Part shown: one piece after another, positions 31,101 to 40,243 of the stretch
How the letters are laid out: every line of letters starts with the position of its first letter
How positions within the stretch are numbered: the first letter of the stretch is position 1
The notes under the pieces: generated by a model
What the model was told of the DNA's origin: nothing
Database searches by the model: none
The model's input: the letters and a program-made list of their open reading frames with translations, nothing else
Made by a program: the position numbers and the translations under genes
Source: a virus
Length of the DNA: 64,000 nucleotides
IMG/VR virus record: IMGVR_UViG_3300044611_001420
Reading direction: 5' to 3' (one strand)

Positions 31101-33427
31101 AAGGAACTCAAGGTACTCAAGGACTTCAGGGCACTCAAGGAACTCAAGGTCTCCAAGGTCTTCAAGGAACTCAGGGCACTCAAGGAACACAGGGTACTCA
31201 AGGAACACAGGGTACTCAAGGTCTTCAGGGTCTTCAAGGAACTCAAGGTACTCAAGGTCTTCAGGGAACACAAGGAACACAAGGAACTCAAGGTACTCAA
31301 GGAACACAAGGAACTCAAGGTAGTCAGGGCACTCAAGGTCTTCAAGGAACTCAAGGAACACAAGGAACTCAAGGTACTCAAGGAACACAAGGAACTCAAG
31401 GTAGTCAGGGCACTCAAGGTCTTCAAGGAACTCAAGGAACACAAGGAACTCAAGGTCTTCAGGGAACACAAGGTACACAAGGTCTTCAGGGATTGACTGG
31501 CCCTATTGCAGGATCTAATACTCAAGTTATTTTTAATAATAACAATGTTTCTGCTGGAGCAACTAATTTTGTTTATGATGCAACAAATCAAAGAGTTGGT
31601 ATAGGAACCACAAATCTAGGAGCAACTTTAAATGTAGTCCCAACATCTACAAGTATTGCTGGACTCTTCTCTGGAACCACATCAAGTGATATGGTTCGTA
31701 TTACTCAACTTGGTTCTGGTAATGCTCTGGTTGTTGAAGACGAAACAAATCCCGATTCTACTCCATTTGTTATTAATGCAAGTGGTTCTATTGGTGTAGG
31801 TACTAACAATCCAACAAGAAAACTTCATGTTCGTGCTGGATCTAATGATGGTCTTTATTTAGATTCTTCTGATCAAACTGGTAATAGTGGTTCCCCAACA
31901 GTAAGAGTTCGTGGTCAGAGGGTTGATAGTAATTCATCACAATCTTTTGCGGGAACTCTGGTTCTTGAAAAATATAACATGAACCTTCCCACTCCAAGTG
32001 GGAATATGCTCGGAAACATAATCTTTGGTGGTAACTTCTCAACAGCACCAGGAATTACAACTGGAATTACTTATGGTGCTTCTATATCTGGTATTTCAGA
32101 AGGAACATTCTCCGATATTAATACAGCACCAACTGCAATTGTTTTCAATACTGGAACGGTTGGATTGGGAACAATTTTACTTCCCAACTTAACTTATGGA
32201 ACAGAAGCAGCAAGAATTACTAGCAACAGAAATCTGTTAATTGGAGCAACATCAGAAACAGGAACTGCATCACAAAAACTTCAAGTTACTGGTGGTGCTT
32301 ATGTTTCTGGTTCTGTTGGTATTGGAATCACAAATCCAGGATACAAATTATCAGTATATGGTAATGCAATAAAGACTTCTGCTGATGGAAGTCCTTTTGC
32401 ACTCAGTTCTAATGATGCAACAAATCCATTCCAATTATTAATAGCAAGGAGTAGTTCTTCAGTAACTAAACCATATTGGTCAATTGAATCTGTTGAACAA
32501 AATGTTGCTTATAGAAATCTTTCTCTATTACCTTCTGGTGGAAATATAACGATTGGAAGTACATTAGATACTGGAACAGCATCACAAAAACTTCAAGTTA
32601 CTGGTGGTGCTTATGTTTCTGGTTCTGTTGGTGTAGGAACAACAAGTCCAGGTGAAAGACTTCAAGTTGATGGTAATTTAAGACTTGGAATTTCGACAAC
32701 TTCAAACTATATTGCATTTTATGGAACCACTGGAGATCTTCCTGGTTCTTATAATCACACTTATATTGGTGAAAGAATTTGGAGCACTGGAACAGAAAGA
32801 TCTGAATTATTCTTATTCAAAGGAAATGATGCTGATGCAAGTGGAGGACAAGATAGAATCCGACTTGCAGCAGGTCAAATTAGAATTGATACATTTCCAA
32901 GTGGAACATTCGTTGGTGGTGCTTCTTTTGAATCGGTTGCTACATCTGCAAATTTAATCAATAGAGTTGTAGTTCATTCTACTGGAGAAGTTGGAATTGG
33001 AACTGATGTATTAACCGGAACATCATCGCAAAGACTTCAGGTGACTGGTGGTGCTTATGTTTCTGGTAATCTTGGAGTTGGAACCACAAATCCAGGAGCA
33101 ACTTTAAATGTAGTTCCAACAGCAACAAGTATTGCTGGATTATTCTCTGGAACTACATCAAGTGATATGGTTCGCATTACTCAACTTGGTTCTGGTAATG
33201 CTCTTGTAGTTGAAGATTCTGCTAATCCCGATAGTAGTCCCTTTGTTGTGACTGGTATTGGTTCAGTTGGTATTGGAACTGCAAGTCCAGCATTTACCGC
33301 AGATATTGCAGGAGATGCCCGAGTAACCTCCACAAATAAAATGAGATTCGGTGGAACCGCAGGAACCACAAACTTCTATATACAGTACAACTCAACTGCA
33401 AATAGTTTGGACTTTGTAGCAGGATAA
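25157..33427 (+). CDS. 2756-aa collagen-like long tail fibre
   Basis: VGIGTT.P fibre motifs, duplicated globular modules and two long G-X-Q tracts. Confidence 0.85.
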   Translation: MAKYLSNRQKNFKIGISSYTEGKTVLEVIGNVGIGTTTSEGRSLYVIGDGEFTGILTAKGFYVDGELIGSATSLSSLYVSGISTFNNNVDINASADILNDLVINGNLKSIGVTTLAFGGGITTTGGNLYIGGNLEVAGSSNFIGTAIFRGGTIGIGDSTSDDINVGGEFVSNLVPKYDNTYDIGLESNRWRNARFSGLTTTGNLYVSGVGTITSLDVTTGVIDYLSGIDLYYSGISTLGITSATQLTAQSLTVSGNSNFGITDITVNSSSDALKITQTGTGNALVVRDANPDSSPFVVTGIGSVGVGVENPLEKLQVDGNIRLGSSDSNYIAFKGTTGDSPNGGFTHTFIGERIYTPATEESELLIFKGNDHDLSVEGPDRIRLAAAEIRFDTYTIPTSGSFEEVATSGNLDTKFIIINSGFVGVGTTNPTSKLDVYGDFKVSGIGTVETLDANTGTIDYLTNTNLNTSGIGTIITLDATTGTIDYLTNTNLYVSGVSTFIGIATFSGDIYVGGDLYVADDITFDELIARNINVTGIGTIETLDVTTGTIDYLSGTNLSYIGISTLATLGVTGLTTTKNLQVIGVSTLGVTSVTNLTAQTINSSGVVTASSFVGNLTGTATTATNLETARTFEITGDIVASPVSFDGTGNVSLAATIQPNSVALGSDTTGDYIQSVSGTSNQITVTGGTGEGSTPVLSLPNNLVVPQDLTVTRDVQINRNLNVTGNITIGGTTAFVNVQELVVTDPDIILGYRTDAFGNDVSNDNTANHGGVALASTEGNPLVNLFVTGIETAPSTYKKIMWFKEGTFAGLGTDAWLINYAVGIGSTQFPTGTRLAAGNVQFTENDLAVVRNINSSGLITATRFIGTATNLDINGLTTINDPQSNDFIALYDVSGAVVGKATIQNAALQGTQGLQGTQGTQGTQGTQGTQGTQGLQGLQGTQGTQGTQGTQGTQGTQGTQGTQGTQGTQGTQGTQGLQGTQGTQGTQGTQGTQGTQGTQGTQGTQGTQGLQGLQGTQGTQGTQGTQGTQGTQGTQGTQGTQGLQGTQGTQGTQGTQGTQGTQGTQGTQGLQGTQGTQGLQGTQGTQGTQGTQGTQGTQGTQGLQGLQGTQGTQGTQGTQGTQGTQGTQGTQGTQGTQGTQGTQGAQGTQGTQGAQGLQGTQGTQGTQGTQGTQGTQGTQGLQGLQGTQGTQGTQGTQGTQGTQGTQGTQGTQGLQGLQGTQGTQGTQGTQGTQGTQGTQGTQGTQGTQGTQGLQGTQGLQGLQGLQGLQGTQGTQGTQGTQGTQGTQGTQGTQGTQGLQGLQGRQGTQGTQGTQGTQGTQGTQGTQGTQGTQGTQGLQGLQGLQGTQGTQGTQGTQGTQGTQGTQGTQGTQGTQGTQGTQGTQGTQGLQGLQGTQGTQGTQGTQGTQGTQGTQGTQGSQGTQGTQGTQGLQGLQGTQGTQGTQGTQGTQGTQGTQGTQGLQGLQGTQGRQGTQGRQGTQGLQGTQGTQGTQGIQGTQGTQGTQGTQGTQGTQGTTGPVAGSANQVVYKDGSNNPTGSANLTFDGTTLSAYNVNITNNLSIGGTTTIVTAQDLRVLDADIILGFTTNALGQDVSTDITANHGGIAVASTEGSPLVNLFIAGIETSPSTYKKIMWFKSGAFSGLGTDAWLINYGVGIGSTQVPFGVRLAAGGMQVTDSKISSPNLDITGIATINKLDVNQLSPNGTDFGTASYVPIADGTGNWSWGTVSAAGAATTNAINIRDENSPQGSATILNFTGDAISATVAGSTATITVSSLQGLQGTQGTQGLQGPSFAVGGLNYSQTLGTKVTVLSSASFPVGIVTTTITTNGNPVQVTVTGDAENLAAGVWGRLQLYRDNTPIGNDIQFEGSAGSENSPYALSVIDTPSAGTYSYNLKVVTLAGGNVAFGENTGPVLYAYELANVLGVQGLQGTQGTQGTQGTQGTQGTQGTQGTQGTQGTQGTQGTQGLQGLQGRQGTQGTQGTQGTQGTQGLQGTQGTQGLQGLQGTQGTQGTQGTQGTQGTQGLQGLQGTQGTQGLQGTQGTQGTQGTQGTQGTQGSQGTQGLQGTQGTQGTQGTQGTQGTQGSQGTQGLQGTQGTQGTQGLQGTQGTQGLQGLTGPIAGSNTQVIFNNNNVSAGATNFVYDATNQRVGIGTTNLGATLNVVPTSTSIAGLFSGTTSSDMVRITQLGSGNALVVEDETNPDSTPFVINASGSIGVGTNNPTRKLHVRAGSNDGLYLDSSDQTGNSGSPTVRVRGQRVDSNSSQSFAGTLVLEKYNMNLPTPSGNMLGNIIFGGNFSTAPGITTGITYGASISGISEGTFSDINTAPTAIVFNTGTVGLGTILLPNLTYGTEAARITSNRNLLIGATSETGTASQKLQVTGGAYVSGSVGIGITNPGYKLSVYGNAIKTSADGSPFALSSNDATNPFQLLIARSSSSVTKPYWSIESVEQNVAYRNLSLLPSGGNITIGSTLDTGTASQKLQVTGGAYVSGSVGVGTTSPGERLQVDGNLRLGISTTSNYIAFYGTTGDLPGSYNHTYIGERIWSTGTERSELFLFKGNDADASGGQDRIRLAAGQIRIDTFPSGTFVGGASFESVATSANLINRVVVHSTGEVGIGTDVLTGTSSQRLQVTGGAYVSGNLGVGTTNPGATLNVVPTATSIAGLFSGTTSSDMVRITQLGSGNALVVEDSANPDSSPFVVTGIGSVGIGTASPAFTADIAGDARVTSTNKMRFGGTAGTTNFYIQYNSTANSLDFVAG
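27884..29710 (+). repeat. Apparently uninterrupted Gly-X-Y tract, about 203 triplets
   Basis: 1827 nt in frame; X is T, L, A, R, S or I; Y is Q except at the very end. Confidence 0.9.
30923..31507 (+). repeat. GTQ/GLQ collagen-like tract
   Basis: 9-nt periodic repeat. Confidence 0.95.
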
Positions 33428-33431
33428 GATT

Positions 33432-34964
33432 ATGGGTGTTGTAGGAAGATTAGACCAATATGCATCAATGCTCGCAACTGAGTTTGATGATTACTCTATG
33501 AGTGAGAATTTACTTCTTCGTAGCAATAGTTTTAATACTGGTACTTGGACTCCAGTTTCTGCAACTTGTGTTTTTGCACAGAATGTAACAGGACCTGATA
33601 ATATATCCAATAGTGCTTGGACTATTGATGACCAATCAACTGCTTCTGATGGTGCTGGATTTGAGCAAACAAAATCAATAACTCCAAGTACAACAACTAA
33701 CTATTGTTTATCAATTTTTGTAAAACAGGGTACAGCAACTATCCTTGATTTTTATGCATTTTTTACAGGTACTAGTACCAGAGGAAGTTATCTTAGATAT
33801 AATTTTTCCACAGATACACTTACTGCAAATGCTGCAGAAGGACCAGGAATTACTCCCACAATTTTTGGAAAAGTATTATATCCAAATGGGTGGATAAGAA
33901 TATATTTTGTCGTAAATGATGCAAATAATGGATTGAATAATAACCTCCGGTACAGAATTTATCCAGCATCAAGAGATGCTGGTCCCATAGGAACTACTTT
34001 GTTTTATGGAGCACAATTAGAAATTGGTTCAGTAGCAACAGATTACACACCAACAACAACCACAGCAATATCCAGAGTTTTATCATCAACAACCAACACA
34101 AATATCACAGGACTTGGGACATACTATAGTTCTGGATTTGATGAGAATGTTGGTTTTACTACTTTTCTTTCTGCGAATGTTTTTGCTCCTTATGACCCTG
34201 TATATGATGAGTTTTCGGGAACTTCATTTGGTGCAGGACAAGGAAGATATATGAGACAAAATACTGATAAGTCGGTGATTGTTTATAATGAGATTGATGA
34301 AATCAGTGATTTTAGAGATATTGTAAGAAGTGGATTGGTTTTAGATTTAGATGCTGGAATGAATGCTTCTTTCAATAATACTGGAACTACTTGGACTGAT
34401 TTGATAGGGAATAGACAAGGAACGATAAACAACTCTCCAGTATTTAATGGAAATTATTTTAGTTTTGATGGTGTAGATGAAAATGTATCTTTTTCATCAC
34501 CGGTAGAAGTATCAACAGCAGGATTTACGATGGGATTTTTGATGAGAGTTCCATCCACACAAGTAAATGGTGTGAATTGGTGTCATATGCTTGCGGATAG
34601 AGATTTTGGTGCTGGAGATTATGAGATTGGAATTTATGGAACAAATAACACAACTTTTATTTTTAAAGAAAATTCTTCAACACCAGATTCAGCAACTGCT
34701 TCTCTTGGAACAGGATGGAACTATTTGGTATTTGGAATGAATTCAAATCTTACCCCCTTTATATACATTAATGGTTCTTTGGTAACACAACTTGCTACTC
34801 CTTTTGTTTCTTCAACATTAGATTTTACTCGTTTGTTTAGTAGTCCAGGCAATACAAATTATTTCAAATGTGATTGTTCTTACATCAACCTTTACAACAG
34901 AGCACTCTCCGCAGCAGAAATCTCACAAAACTATAATGCTCTAAAACATAGGTTTGGACTATGA
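33432..34964 (+). CDS. Virion protein with carbohydrate-binding-like domain and C-terminal LamG/ConA domain
   Basis: ENLLLRS...NGWIRI...GAQLE.GS.AT.Y.PTT module; GLVLDLDAG...TWTDL...YNRALSAAEI.QNYNA LamG-type ends. Confidence 0.75.
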   Translation: MGVVGRLDQYASMLATEFDDYSMSENLLLRSNSFNTGTWTPVSATCVFAQNVTGPDNISNSAWTIDDQSTASDGAGFEQTKSITPSTTTNYCLSIFVKQGTATILDFYAFFTGTSTRGSYLRYNFSTDTLTANAAEGPGITPTIFGKVLYPNGWIRIYFVVNDANNGLNNNLRYRIYPASRDAGPIGTTLFYGAQLEIGSVATDYTPTTTTAISRVLSSTTNTNITGLGTYYSSGFDENVGFTTFLSANVFAPYDPVYDEFSGTSFGAGQGRYMRQNTDKSVIVYNEIDEISDFRDIVRSGLVLDLDAGMNASFNNTGTTWTDLIGNRQGTINNSPVFNGNYFSFDGVDENVSFSSPVEVSTAGFTMGFLMRVPSTQVNGVNWCHMLADRDFGAGDYEIGIYGTNNTTFIFKENSSTPDSATASLGTGWNYLVFGMNSNLTPFIYINGSLVTQLATPFVSSTLDFTRLFSSPGNTNYFKCDCSYINLYNRALSAAEISQNYNALKHRFGL

Positions 34965-35010
34965 CCTCTTATTTCTACTCTAATAAATATAACAAAGGTA
35001 TTCATTAATT

Positions 35011-38000
35011 ATGGCAAGAAAGGCAATACTGGAAACTGGATATACATTTACCCCTTCCACAAATACCATAGTTATTCCTCGTGTCATACCGAGAGAACGA
35101 TTAATTCTGATTACCAATGTAACGACGAACACGGTAATCTATAATTTTTCTGACTCAAACCTAAAGGCAAATACTTATACTGTTTCAACTTCTGGTGGTA
35201 CAACTACAACCACAGTCGTATTAAATTATAATACTGCTGGAATGAGTAGTACTGATAAACTTCAAATCACCGTAGATGAGTATGATGAGAAGTTTACACC
35301 TTCTGAAGCATATACAGACCCTGTAAATAAATTTAGAGTTTCAACTCCACAAGCACTGATTGATACTGACTTTGAATATGGTAGTCAGATTACAAAGTGG
35401 GAAAATCTTGCGATGATTAATAATCGTCCTTTTGCTTATCCTTCTTCAGTTGGCATAACTGGAATCGGCACAATTACATTACCTACTAACTCAAGAACAG
35501 TCACAGTTGTAGTTTCTGGTGGAGCTCCACCTGGAATTGGAACAGCAATTACGGTTCAAGATGCTTATCTGAATATTGCGAACGGAAACTTTATTGTAGA
35601 ATCTGTTGGTGCTGGTAGTACAAACTTTACTTATACTGCAAGAGCAACAAATACAACAACAGTTACAAATATTTTTGACTCCAATAAGACTGGTATATTT
35701 TCTGGAACCACATATACAAATGCTCAGATTGGTGGAACACCAACATTCTCTTGGACTTCTGGAACTGCAATTCCTGTAACAACTACAGTTCCTCATGGTC
35801 TTGCCATTGGTAATGAGGTTTCGGTTGTCGGAACATCGCAGGTAAATGCAAATGGTTCTTTTGTGGTTGCTACAATTACCAGTTCAACTGCATTTACTTA
35901 TTATTCAACTACTGCACCAGCAGCAAACCCAACTGGTGGAAGAATCTTCGTAAGACCTCAAGGACAATTTTTGCACAGACCATTTGATGGTGGAATTATT
36001 TTCACATCAAACTCAAATGGAAACTTTGAGCAAGCAATTCGCCAAACCAGAAGATATTTTCGTTATCAATCTGGTAAAGGTATTCAAGTCAGTTCTGGTA
36101 CTATTTTAAAACCAAGTTTGCAGATTGATAGTTTAACTTCTTCTGGAACAACTGTTACTGTTCAAACAAAAGAACAACATAATATTCAGGCAGCAACACC
36201 AGGAACTCAAGTTACAATTTCTGGTGCAAATGAATCTGCGTATAATGGAACTTTTACAATTACTTCTGTTACTGGATACAATACTTTCCAATATACTGCA
36301 TTATCAACTCCTTCCGCATCACCAGCATCTGGAACTTATAATTGTTCTGTTTCAAGTTGGTATGGATGCTCAAACCGTCTTGGAAGTTTTGATGCTCAAA
36401 ATGGAATATTCTTTGAGTTTGATGGGCAAACACTTTCTGCGGTTCGTAGAAGTTCTACTTATCAACTTGCAGGAAAAGTGAGTGTTACAAACGGAAGCAA
36501 TACTATAACACAAACTAATGCAACATTCCCAACTGTATTTTCAAAACAACTAAACATTGGAGATTTTATTGTTCTTCGTGGTCAGTCATATCGTGTTGTT
36601 GATATTGCAAGTGACACTTCTATGACGATTTCTCCTTCATATAGAGGAGCAACGGCATCGTTTGTAATCATTTCAAAAACACAAGACACAAAATATCCAC
36701 AATCATCTTGGAATATTGATAAGTGTGATGGTACAGGTCCTTCTGGATATAATATTGACCTCACCAAGATGCAGATGTTTTATATTGATTATTCTTGGTA
36801 TGGTGCTGGATTTATTCGTTGGGGATTTAGAGGTCCAACTGGCGATGTAATTTACTGCCATAAAGTACCAAATAATAATGTCAATACAGAAGCATATATG
36901 CGTTCTGGAAACTTACCAGCACGATATGAATCTGAAAGTCTTCCACCAACAACTAAAATTACTGGCAATGTGGGAGCATCCGATACAACTATTGGTATTG
37001 CAAGTACTGCAGGATTCCCAACTGCCGGTACAATCGTAGTTCGTAATGCAAATACTTATGAGTATATGAATTATGCTGGTATTGGTACAACAGCATTTAC
37101 TGGAGTTACAAGAGCAAGATCTGGTAGTACTTCTCTTGCACTTACGGTTGCCTCTGGTTCTAATGTGGCAACTGCAACCACCACAAATTTACAAGTAGGT
37201 CAGAGAGTTATTGGTGGATTCCCAGAAGGAACATACGTCAGTGCAATTGGTGTTGGAAATATTACGTTAAGTCAAGCAGCAACAACGGCAAACCCAACAG
37301 TAATTATTCCCCCAATGGGGGCATCAACGGGTCAGGCATTTACTTTCTCTGCTACAGACCCAGTTGCCGTTGAACTTGCATTCCCAACTTATGGACCTTC
37401 TATATCACACTGGGGTACAAGTGTGATTATGGATGGTCGATATGATGATGATAAATCTTTGGTCTTTACTTATGGTCAAAGAACTGCTACTACTATTTCT
37501 CCTGGTGCAACACGGGCACTACTTGCAATTCGTGTTGCACCATCGGTGGATAATGGTATTGCTGCGGCATTCGGACAAAGAGAATTAATTAATAGAATGC
37601 AATTGGTTCTTAGAAATCTGGGAATTTCAATTCGTGGTAGTAATACATCAAATATTCTTGTGCAAGCATTTTTAAATGCGACTCCATCAACTACAAATAC
37701 TTGGACGAATGCTATTGGTAATGCTACGGGACAACAAAATTCCAGTTTGGCACAAATTGTTGATTATGGTGGTGGTTCTACCACAGTAACAGGTGGTGAA
37801 GTTACTGCAGGAATATTTTCTGCTGGTACTGACACACTTGATTTAAGTACTGTAAGGGACTTGGGTAATTGTATTCTTGGTGGAGGTGGCACCACTTCAA
37901 ATAGTGGAATATTCCCAGACGGTCCTGATACATTAACGATTACTGTAACTAATATTGCCGCCACTGGTGATGTTAATGTAACTGCAAGAATTTCTTGGAC

Positions 38001-38016
38001 GGAGGCACAAGCATAA
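35011..38016 (+). CDS. 1001-aa virion structural protein
   Basis: YTFTPS...ERLILITNVT..VIYNF, RVSTPQALIDTDFEYG and RQTRRYFRYQSGKG motifs; AATAAATA at 34982-34989. Confidence 0.75.
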   Translation: MARKAILETGYTFTPSTNTIVIPRVIPRERLILITNVTTNTVIYNFSDSNLKANTYTVSTSGGTTTTTVVLNYNTAGMSSTDKLQITVDEYDEKFTPSEAYTDPVNKFRVSTPQALIDTDFEYGSQITKWENLAMINNRPFAYPSSVGITGIGTITLPTNSRTVTVVVSGGAPPGIGTAITVQDAYLNIANGNFIVESVGAGSTNFTYTARATNTTTVTNIFDSNKTGIFSGTTYTNAQIGGTPTFSWTSGTAIPVTTTVPHGLAIGNEVSVVGTSQVNANGSFVVATITSSTAFTYYSTTAPAANPTGGRIFVRPQGQFLHRPFDGGIIFTSNSNGNFEQAIRQTRRYFRYQSGKGIQVSSGTILKPSLQIDSLTSSGTTVTVQTKEQHNIQAATPGTQVTISGANESAYNGTFTITSVTGYNTFQYTALSTPSASPASGTYNCSVSSWYGCSNRLGSFDAQNGIFFEFDGQTLSAVRRSSTYQLAGKVSVTNGSNTITQTNATFPTVFSKQLNIGDFIVLRGQSYRVVDIASDTSMTISPSYRGATASFVIISKTQDTKYPQSSWNIDKCDGTGPSGYNIDLTKMQMFYIDYSWYGAGFIRWGFRGPTGDVIYCHKVPNNNVNTEAYMRSGNLPARYESESLPPTTKITGNVGASDTTIGIASTAGFPTAGTIVVRNANTYEYMNYAGIGTTAFTGVTRARSGSTSLALTVASGSNVATATTTNLQVGQRVIGGFPEGTYVSAIGVGNITLSQAATTANPTVIIPPMGASTGQAFTFSATDPVAVELAFPTYGPSISHWGTSVIMDGRYDDDKSLVFTYGQRTATTISPGATRALLAIRVAPSVDNGIAAAFGQRELINRMQLVLRNLGISIRGSNTSNILVQAFLNATPSTTNTWTNAIGNATGQQNSSLAQIVDYGGGSTTVTGGEVTAGIFSAGTDTLDLSTVRDLGNCILGGGGTTSNSGIFPDGPDTLTITVTNIAATGDVNVTARISWTEAQA

Positions 38017-38019
38017 AAA

Positions 38020-39546
38020 ATGGCAAAACTTAAGTCTGGCACTAGAGTTTATGGGAATTTTAAACTTGATGGTGGTCTTTATGATTTTAATAATCAAGTA
38101 GGGTCTGCAAGTTCGGTTCTTATTTCTACTGGTGCTGGAGTTAGTTGGACTCCAATTTCAACAGCAGCACTTCAAGGTCTTCAGGGACTTCAAGGAACTC
38201 AGGGAACTCAAGGAAGACAAGGTACTCAGGGAACAACAGGTACAGGTACTCAAGGTCTTCAGGGACTTCAAGGTACTCAAGGCACTCAAGGCACTCAAGG
38301 TACTCAGGGAACACAAGGTACTCAGGGAACTCAAGGTACTCAAGGTACACAGGGCACACAGGGAACTCAAGGTCTTCAAGGTCTTCAGGGTACTCAGGGA
38401 ACTCAAGGTACTCAGGGAACACAAGGTACTCAGGGAACTCAGGGAACTCAAGGTACTCAAGGTCTTCAGGGACTTCAAGGAACAACAGGTACAGGTACTC
38501 AAGGTACTCAGGGAACACAAGGAACACAAGGAACACAGGGCACTCAAGGTACTCAGGGAACTCAAGGCACACAAGGAACACAAGGTACTCAGGGAACTCA
38601 AGGCACACAAGGAACCACAGGAACAGGTACACAAGGTACACAAGGAACCACAGGAACAGGCACACAAGGTACACAAGGTACACAAGGAACCACAGGAACA
38701 GGTACTCAAGGTCTTCAGGGAACTCAAGGTTCTAGTGCTGCAGGTGGTGGAGGTGGTTCTGGAACTTTTGACACTGGAATTACAACTTCTGTTTACATCT
38801 CTGCTATTTCTGGAGTTGGTATAAATACTGCACAAAATAACGACATTTTTACTGGTCCTGGAGTTGCTGGAACTTCTTTTGGAATTGGTCTTTCATTCCC
38901 ATCAACAGCAAGTAGAGAATATGTAATTGAATCAATTCACGTCACCAATACATATTCAAATGAATTATATTTAACTGCAAGACAAGATTTTTATGTTTCT
39001 GGAACTACTTGGAGAGCAGTTCCGATTACGCAAAGACTTATAGTTCCTTATCAAGGTTCTGTGGAACTTATTAATCAACCAATGATTGCTTCACCGAATG
39101 ACCACCTAAGATTCCAAGCACTTTCTGGAACTGGTTCAACTGCAACAGGAATTGATGGTGGTTTGGATGTATTTACCGTTTATTCCACAAAAACTGATAC
39201 AAACTTTGTTGGTGTTGGTTCAACAGTAGCAAGTACAACTGGTGCAGAAGTTTATCGTTCAATAACTTATCCTTCAGTTGTTCAATCTATTCGTCTTTGT
39301 AATTATAATTTGAATATTGATGTTGATGCATCTGTTTCTATCTATCGTGGAGGAACTGCAGGTTCTGTTGTATCTACCGGAGTACGACTTGGATACTTGA
39401 CATATAATATGACTATACCTAAAAACAGTGTTGTTGAAATACTTGATAAACCAAAATATCTTGCAATAAATGATACGATTGTTGCCGTTGGTTCTACAAT
39501 TAACTCACTCTCTGCCTGTGTTGCTGCAAAACAAATAACATCGTAA
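38020..39546 (+). CDS. Collagen-like fibre protein
   Basis: SVLISTGAGVSWT precedes the tract, as in 250..2298; globular C-terminus. Confidence 0.85.
   Translation: MAKLKSGTRVYGNFKLDGGLYDFNNQVGSASSVLISTGAGVSWTPISTAALQGLQGLQGTQGTQGRQGTQGTTGTGTQGLQGLQGTQGTQGTQGTQGTQGTQGTQGTQGTQGTQGTQGLQGLQGTQGTQGTQGTQGTQGTQGTQGTQGLQGLQGTTGTGTQGTQGTQGTQGTQGTQGTQGTQGTQGTQGTQGTQGTQGTTGTGTQGTQGTTGTGTQGTQGTQGTTGTGTQGLQGTQGSSAAGGGGGSGTFDTGITTSVYISAISGVGINTAQNNDIFTGPGVAGTSFGIGLSFPSTASREYVIESIHVTNTYSNELYLTARQDFYVSGTTWRAVPITQRLIVPYQGSVELINQPMIASPNDHLRFQALSGTGSTATGIDGGLDVFTVYSTKTDTNFVGVGSTVASTTGAEVYRSITYPSVVQSIRLCNYNLNIDVDASVSIYRGGTAGSVVSTGVRLGYLTYNMTIPKNSVVEILDKPKYLAINDTIVAVGSTINSLSACVAAKQITS
38176..38736 (+). repeat. 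GTQ collagen-like tract with GTTGTG interruptions
   Basis: 9-nt periodic repeat. Confidence 0.95.
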
Positions 39547-39579
39547 ATATATAGTATAATAATATAAAATGGAGAAATT

Positions 39580-40239
39580 ATGTCTATCTTGATTGCGATG
39601 CCTTGTTATGGTGGATTAGTAAGTGATAAGACAGCAAAGGGACTATTTAATCTTGGAAAGGAATTAAGAACTGCTGGATTAGACCACGGATTATTGACAA
39701 CTGCAAATGATAGTTTGATTACTCAAGCACGTTCAAGAATTGTTAATTTCTTTATGAACAATACAGAATATGAAAGAATTCTGTTTATTGATGCTGATAT
39801 TGGATTTACACCAGAAGATGTTTTCAATCTCTTAAGACAAGATAAAGATATTGTATGTGGTGCTTATCCTATGAAAGGAATTCCATTGAGATATAATTAT
39901 AATATTACAAAACCAGAAGTTGTTGAAGGTGAACTGGTAAAGATTGAAAATATTGGATTTGGATTTTCTCTAATTAAAAGAAAAGTATTTGAAGATATTG
40001 TAAAAAGATATGGAGAAGAGTTGAAGTATTATCCACCAACAGATAATAGTTCAACTCCACCAACAGAAAAAGAATATCATAATTCTTATCATTACTTTTT
40101 GGAACTCAAGAAAGAAATGAGATATTTACCAGAAGACTTTTCATTCTTTGAAAGAGCAAGAAGTGTTGGGTATGATGCTTGGTTAAATACTAATATTAGA
40201 TTAGCACACGTTGGTTCTCACGTTTATCAAGAAGGATAA
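39580..40239 (+). CDS. GT-A fold (GT2-like) glycosyltransferase
   Basis: ILIAMPCY...SLITQAR...LFIDAD (DxD)...EDFSF...LAHVG. Confidence 0.8.
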   Translation: MSILIAMPCYGGLVSDKTAKGLFNLGKELRTAGLDHGLLTTANDSLITQARSRIVNFFMNNTEYERILFIDADIGFTPEDVFNLLRQDKDIVCGAYPMKGIPLRYNYNITKPEVVEGELVKIENIGFGFSLIKRKVFEDIVKRYGEELKYYPPTDNSSTPPTEKEYHNSYHYFLELKKEMRYLPEDFSFFERARSVGYDAWLNTNIRLAHVGSHVYQEG

Positions 40240-40243
40240 TTAA

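Noticed and set aside
817-38835. Long alternative-frame and minus-strand ORFs over collagen tracts (LKVLRE, LSTLSS, EYLEFP repeats)
   Set aside because: By-products of a stop-free 9-nt repeat; they start and end with the tracts.
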